DNA of 55,491 nucleotides, the filler included, from Dimargaris cristalligena (taxonomy: Eukaryota): the NCBI GenBank assembly GCA_003614675.1. It is 5 parts of 5 records of this genome, joined end to end, with 100 filler letters (N's around TTAATTAATTAA, not from the genome) between each part and the next. Parts side by side here need not be neighbours in the genome. Positions count along the whole stretch, not along the records: positions 44,501 to 55,491 come from ML003134.1; 4 more parts are not named here. The stretch is one strand, 5' to 3'. Shown piece after piece: positions 49,105 through 55,491 of this stretch; positions within the stretch are counted from its first letter, which is position 1, and each line of letters starts with the position of its first letter. A program made the position numbers and the translations under genes. The notes below the pieces were generated by a model, which did not search any database, was not told the DNA's origin, and worked only from the letters and a program-made list of their open reading frames with translations.

Positions 49105-52100
49105 GGTGAAGGTATGTGAGGAATTAGGGAGGGGGAGGAGGGGGAGAGTTGAAGAAAAGAGAGACAATGGCCAAGGCCAAGGGAGAGTGGATTGAATTTA
49201 CACCTAGAGGAGTTGGTTGTTGTAGTGGTAGTGGGGAGTTTGAAAAATAGGATTGGATAGTGTCGGAGTAGAAGGGGTAGGGAAGGGTTCATGGGGTGTG
49301 GGTAAGAAGAGAGAGAGAGTTGGTGACAATAGAGAGAACTCGAGGGAAGAGAAGGAGGAAAGGGAGGATAACTAAGGAGGAAAGAAGAAAAGCGGAAAAG
49401 GTGCTTTCAGCAGACGGCCTGGGGAACGCATTATAAAGTAAAGGCTGCGCTGAACTTGGAGTGTGGTGAGTCGAGCATACAGTCTAAGGTAAAAAGAGTA
49501 TTAAAAGGGCATATAGCTAGGGCTGTGCATATAACCACCACGGCCTGCTATTATTACTACTACTACGGGGGACGACTAACTAGAGCGGCAGCTGACAGGC
49601 ATGCTAAGACAATAGTAACAATGATTTATTGTAATAAGAGTAAGAATATATATATATATGTATCTGAGTGGAAATGGAAATGCCAACAGTCATCTACGCC
49701 CACGCAAACAGTAATGATCCACTGCTACTACTACTACTACATACGTTTACCAGCCAGTCAGTCCTACCCCCCTTAACAATGCTATTTATATCCATATCCG
49801 TCCAAATAAAACACTCCAGCTAAGTCCGGATAGGAGGAGGTCCCAGTAAAATGCAAGGGCCAAAAATAGACGGGTGTATGAGAATGAACCAACCACCAAT
49901 TTACATTCCAATTTTAATCTCAAATTCAGATTCAAGCTCAGTCCAGTTCCATGACAACTTTGTTATTCGACCCCAACCGGGCCCGAGAAAAATTAAATAT
50001 ATATATAATAAAACCACCCCTCACCAGGGGTCCAGCAGCTGACGTACAACCCACGGAGGCAACGCTTACACTGACTCCCCTCTTGCTACTCCGGCGCCTT
50101 CAACAAGAACTTGGCAAAGGCCAGCTGTACCCATTACGACAACAGCAGGAGCTGGTCATGGTTATTGGCAGACCGGTAGGTAAGTAATACCAGAATCGAA
50201 TGGAAGAGTGTACACACGTCTTCTTTCCTTTTCTTTCCTATTTTACGGTATATACATGGTCTATCTGAGGGGTAAATGAATAGGACAGACTGGGTAGTAA
50301 GAGGCCTCCATCTACAACAATAGACCAGTCCAGGCAGAGTCATGCCTGACGAAGGCAGGTCTAAAAATAGCTTATAGGAGGGTAAGAAGTGTCACACAGC
50401 CTGTAAGACAATAAATGAAAAGGGGGGAATAAATACATTTATTAGCAGTACTTTAGATATATATTAATTGCATTATGTAATCGGTATATCGTGCTAATTA
50501 AATAATTGGCAGTCGGTGTACCATGGGCAAAAAGACATTCATGAAAGAAGGGTGGGGGATTTATTGATGACGGTAAGTAGAAAGAATGGCTCTGTGCTGT
50601 ACAAACGTTGCTCCCCCTTCTTCCACTCTGCCGTGGGTGTGAGAGTTACCCAGCCCAATACGGCCGCCAGCCACATAGCAGCAAAGTTCCACCCATGGAA
50701 TAAGGGAGAAGGAATACGGAGGAGAAGGGGTTCTAAACAATGGGTAAAATAATGCCTCGTCTGGTAATAATGATGGTGATGCTATGTACTGGCAGCATTC
50801 CATACCCCCTCCCCTGCTATAGGTGCTTGCTTAACTCTAACTACATGTAGTTATAATGCAATTAACCACCTCCCCCCTCCAATAGGTGTGTGGGGCTCTA
50901 TTGTTGTCTCGGACAGCGTACATATAATATGTCTGTGTTTCTCTATCCCCTGTTTTTCCACCCGTATACTACTACTATTGTAAGCGAGCAGGCCGAGTGG
51001 GGCCGGAAATAAGGCAATAAAATAACTAGCGATCACCGAGTAGGGTGTAAATAACTGGACAAAATGAAATAGAGCTCGTAGGCACAATATAATTATTAGT
51101 ATTTTATTGAAAGACACAGGATAATGGTAGGCCGCTCGAGCAGTGGGTTATATTCCTCTGGGATGAGGCGTTGTTCTTGTGCCGCTGGGGGAAGGCCGTT
51201 TCCTCTTCCTGTGGGGAAGGTTGAATGATTCCAGGTCATGTGACCCATATGGTCTTCCTCACTTGGTCGAAGGTACTGTGAGGGGAGGATCGGCCTCTCG
51301 TCTCTGAGTGGGGACGGCCTCCCCCGGTTGCACTATAACCTTGATATAAAATAGTCTTATTTTCGGGGGGGTTCGCGCATCTAAAGATAAATTCAAGATC
51401 CCGAAACAGCAGTCCAAATCGGCAAATGAATTACCCCATTCAATGCCCCGTCCGAATACAGGCGTGACTGTTGAGCCTTTTTTTCCCGGCATAGTCTGTG
51501 ATTGTGCGGTTCCGCAGACCAAAAGGTATATTATATATATTAATACCAGCCTTGTCCCCACCCCCTCCTTCCCCCGCGGATCATACCCGTGTGGAGTTTA
51601 ATTATCTCCGGTCCATGGTCTATTTATAAATAGGCTAATTGGGTCTCTACCATCGTAACCGCAACAGCTCCCCGCATAAGATCCCCTTGAAGTGTCCTAA
51701 TGAACCTTGATTTAAATGCAAATCCGAGTCACGCTTTAGTCACTGTAGTGGTTACAAGTCGCAGGAGGGGGCATACTTCACACCAAATCAACCGGCCTAA
51801 GCCATTCAAGCAACAAAGTACCCTTCTTCATCGTCAACTACTATTAATAGTTCCGTGGATTAATTGGGACCACGTTTATTGTTATAGAGCATACACACGT
51901 GTAATTTAATGGTGAATAATTAATTATACGAGTACAATCATGCTAATAGTAATACAGGTAATAAACCAAACAGGTTAATCCGAGAATTCGGAATTGGTAG
52001 AGGGAGAGGTGGAAACATCTTCCAAAGTAGAGTATAGAATGATAGTGAGTAATATCACCATTACTATAGCCATGTAGAAATAACTATTACATACAAGAAG

Positions 52101-52739
52101 TACAAAAAAATGAGAATGGCTGGGAAATGTTGAATTCCCTAGTATTGCTGAACATAATAGGGGGGAGGTACACGCACAGGCCAATCTACTATCATCTAGA
52201 GCCCACAGGTATAATAGAAGCTATGCCATACCAAACCATGAAAAGGTAGGTCGTATAACATATATCCCATAGTATTGTTCATAATCAAAGGAGGTGTTTT
52301 CCAGCGGCAGGATAGTAGTAGTGGCTAAAAAATATTTCAAGGAAACCGGCGAAAAGAGTAATGGTGGGTTATAGGATAATCAAGCAATGTTCCAGACATT
52401 TATCGAATAGGTCACTCATCTCATTTCAGCGCCAACTACTACCGACCCCCTCTTCCCAAGTCTCAGTGACTCCTCCCCTTCCACTGTTCCGACGGAATCC
52501 CGTCTAACCTAGATTGGATACAGAGAAAGAAGGGAGGGGCGGGCTCTCTTCTGTTGATTGGTTCATCGTGCGTCACCGTGACCTAATATATTCAAGGGAA
52601 TCGGGTCTGGTTTTCCGGGGGGTTAATATTTGTCTGACAAGGGTCGTCTCGTATAACACCACTACTACCCTCTTCCTCCTCCACATCCATCTATTCCAGA
52701 ATGGGCGATGATGATGTCATTGGACACCATAGTAATAAA

Positions 52740-53756
52740 TTAGTCCAGGAACTGGCCGGATAAGATCATATTAGCCATGGGCGACTCGGGGCGAATGGGG
52801 GTCGTCTTAGTCCGACGCAGCTTGTCCACTCGGTCAGTTTCGTGGGGGCGGAGCGATGCTGCTTCAGGGGCAGCAGCAGATCCCGTCGGAGCCGGAGCGG
52901 AAGCCGAGGAAGCCCGGTGGACCCGGGGAGTCGACGGCGGCAAGGGTTGGAAATGGGAAGCCGGGTTGTATTCGACCTCGGGAATAGAGGGATGGCGAGT
53001 CGAAACACCACCATTATTCACCGGCGGCGACTGACGGGGGATACTCCTACTGGCCTCCTCCCCCACAATGTTATAGTGTGGCTGCCCGTTTGATCCTTGA
53101 CCATGGCTATTCATCGTGGAATCGTAGGGACTAAGGTGCTGCTGGTAGGCCATATGGGTCTGGGGCTGCTGTTGTGCGGCGATGGATGCGTTGGCGGCCT
53201 TACCAAGACTACCGAATATACCACCCCCAACCGAGCTCGAAAATCCGCCCACTGACGTGGCGGCTGTGGCCGGGTCCCCCCCACCAACGGGGAGGTGGTG
53301 GTGGGTTCCCGTGGGGGAGGAGGGGGGAATGTGAGGAGGAGGGGAGCCGAACGAGTAGGACAGACGGCGGAAGGGTGAGGTGGGGGGGAATACGCCGCCT
53401 CCCGCTCCAGCAGCGCCACCACCACCACCACCCCCGGGGGCCTGGTGAGAGAAGGAAACGTGGCGACTACGCTGGCCACCGGCGGAAACGGGGGGCGACT
53501 TGGGCAGCGAGTTCATGAAGAAAGGACCCGCGGAGGTGGGGGTGGTGGGCGAAAAACCACTACTATTACCACCACCACCCCCTTGACTGCTCAAAGAATC
53601 GGGGCGGGCGTGGGTGGTGGAGAGGGAACTCAGACCGGTCAGGGCGTGGATAGAGGCCCGGCGTTGGGCGGCTACAGGAATAGCCATAGGCATGTTGGGC
53701 GGCATCGTAGCCGGAGGGGAAGTAGTCTGTTGCTGGCGATTGTCGGAGAGACTCAT
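52740..53756 (-). CDS. Low-complexity (S/P/G) hypothetical protein with C-terminal motif RPESPMANMILSGQFLD, 338 aa
   Basis: Intronless ATG..TAA ORF with ACCATG context and several RxxS motifs. The C-terminus resembles a motif I recall from uncharacterised fungal proteins (SPMG..IL.G.F.D). Confidence 0.75.
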   Translation of the reverse strand: MSLSDNRQQQTTSPPATMPPNMPMAIPVAAQRRASIHALTGLSSLSTTHARPDSLSSQGGGGGNSSGFSPTTPTSAGPFFMNSLPKSPPVSAGGQRSRHVSFSHQAPGGGGGGGAAGAGGGVFPPTSPFRRLSYSFGSPPPHIPPSSPTGTHHHLPVGGGDPATAATSVGGFSSSVGGGIFGSLGKAANASIAAQQQPQTHMAYQQHLSPYDSTMNSHGQGSNGQPHYNIVGEEASRSIPRQSPPVNNGGVSTRHPSIPEVEYNPASHFQPLPPSTPRVHRASSASAPAPTGSAAAPEAASLRPHETDRVDKLRRTKTTPIRPESPMANMILSGQFLD

Positions 53757-53984
53757 GGTAAATATAGAGTGATGTGTGGAGGGAGAGGAGAGGGTATATA
53801 TATGCTGGTCACCCGGTGAAGCAACTGGAGTCGGGTGGCGACTAACTATATAGCCAATGTATTAAAAGGGAAATACGAGAAAAGTGGCGGTCGAATAAAG
53901 AGATAGAGCCGAGCAGAATTTTAAGGAAAGCGCTGCGTTGGCCGGAAATCTGGAGGAAACGGACGGGCGAGGGCGGGGGTATTA

Positions 53985-54048
53985 CACATATATATATATA
54001 TATATACGTATTTATTAGTGTGTGTGTATACGTATATGCGCATACGCA
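53985..54048. repeat. (TA)n/(TG)n alternating purine-pyrimidine tract
   Basis: acacatatatatatatatatatacgta...gtgtgtgtgtatacgtatatgcgcatacgca, upstream of the 53756 ATG. Confidence 0.7.
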
Positions 54049-54182
54049 TTGATGTAAAGCATGGGTTAGAGAGCCAGGAAGAGCGGGAAAGGCGGTTATG
54101 GGATAGTGTCCATTGACTCTAAGGCTATAGTTGTCCGGAAAAACTAAGCGAGAGCGTGAGAGCGGGAGGAGATCCAGCAGTC

Positions 54183-54221
54183 CTATACTATACTATACTA
54201 TACTAACTATACTATACTATA
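54183..54221. repeat. (CTATA)n pentanucleotide microsatellite
   Basis: ctatactatactatactatactaactatactatactata. Confidence 0.85.
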
Positions 54222-54501
54222 AGCACGAGCTTCTTACCCACGCGAACCAAAAACAATATATGGCCCGGGTGTTTAAATAGCCGCCCGGCTAAATAGAGAG
54301 TGAGCTCTATAGCCCAATATGTGAAACAACCACGTCTCCAGGCCAGGCCCGGGGCTATCAACAAAACTGCAGAGGCATTGTTTACTTACGTCGCTATGGC
54401 GCACTTCAGGGGAGCTAAAAAACGTAGAGAATGCCACACAATTAATCAGGCAATAGTAAATCTACCAGCCAGAAACAACGAGTAAAATAGTAAATAGGCT
54501 G

Positions 54502-54545
54502 GAATGAATGAATGAGTGATTGAATGATTGATTGATTAATTGATT
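54502..54545. repeat. (GAAT)/(GATT) tetranucleotide microsatellite, imperfect
   Basis: gaatgaatgaatgagtgattgaatgattgattgattaattgatt. Confidence 0.75.
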
Positions 54546-55491
54546 ATATAAAATTGATTTATTCAGGAAGGTGGAGAGATGGTAGTAGGAGTCTATTATA
54601 TGGGCAAAATAGGTCGGGAAATATAAGGGGAAGGAAAACAAAGCTGCTGCTACACCAACGGTTCCAGATGATCCCATTTATACTGACTGGGTTGTTCTCC
54701 TCTCCCCAGTCACACCTGGCCAGGTATTTTTTATGGCAGGAGGGTTGTTGTGCGCAGTGTTAAAGGGGGTGGCATAATAGTATAGCGAGCGTATACAACC
54801 GCCCCACCACTAAAGAACAAGGGCATTTACCCCTCTTAGTACACCCTGGCTATTTTTTTGAATCCGAGACATACCCAATTAGGTATGCTGGATCAGTATA
54901 AACCCTCTAAAATCGGTTCCATCCACCACTATTCTCCACCAGTAGCATACTACTACTGTACCCATGTATCCTCCTCTCCTCTCATGGGATAGAGGAATGA
55001 ATGCCCTTGGATAGTATCCCGCCTTTTATACCTCCACCGTACCTGGGGGTAATAGCCGTGGTCCAGCGTTCCCAAACAGTGGTCACTTGAGATTCCGCCA
55101 ATGGTCAAGGTGGTGTGGCTTCTCAGCCGAGTCTCTCTCGTTCTCGTTCGGGTGCGCTTACCAAACAAACCGAACGACCGCTTCACCCCGCGCGCCCATG
55201 GGCGCAGACTTTTGAATCAATGGCCACTGGGATCTACTCTTTATAGCATCATCTCGCCGACACCATAAAACCACATCACATAACCCCTTTCTGAATTCTA
55301 ATATATATTATACGGGACGCATACCCCCAGAACATATATTAGAATACTTTGCATAATTACTCGACACCTTATTTTAACCGCTGTACATTATTTCACAGCA
55401 TAAAACAGCCATACAGTGGTGCAATAGAGAGCAGAGTGCCACCATCAGAGGGAATCGGTCCCCCTGAACTAGAGTGGTCACCTGACTCCCT

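Overview
Eukaryotic, intron-containing fungal DNA. The gene set and protein style suggest an early-diverging fungus, plausibly Zoopagomycota (inference only). The window is not one locus: it is five ~11-kb contigs (11039, 11034, 11017, 11010, 10991 bp, in descending size) joined by artificial N44-TTAATTAATTAA-N44 spacers, so synteny holds only within each block. Block 1: a spliced bZIP transcription factor and a CpG-free decayed repeat. Block 2: a truncated hypothetical gene, RPE1, RanGAP (RNA1), a D-2-hydroxyacid dehydrogenase (DLD2/D2HGDH family) and a CpG-free LTR-like relic. Block 3: a His/Cys/Met-rich NmrA-like protein, a long-chain acyl-CoA synthetase and a stop-interrupted secreted-protein gene. 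Block 4: a decayed gene bracketed by a perfect 55-bp inverted repeat, phosphoglucomutase and a six-exon Nbs1/nibrin gene that the ORF track shows only in pieces. Block 5: a Dsf2/Nif1-like Sel1-repeat protein with a one-base frameshift and a disordered protein with a conserved C-terminal motif. I found no unambiguous new system. The best leads are a methylation- or RIP-like C>T decay signature in repeats and possibly in neighbouring genes, the 55-bp inverted repeat, altered substrate residues in the dehydrogenase, a possible in-frame Arg-rich N-terminal extension of the bZIP, and the metal-ligand-rich NmrA-like protein.
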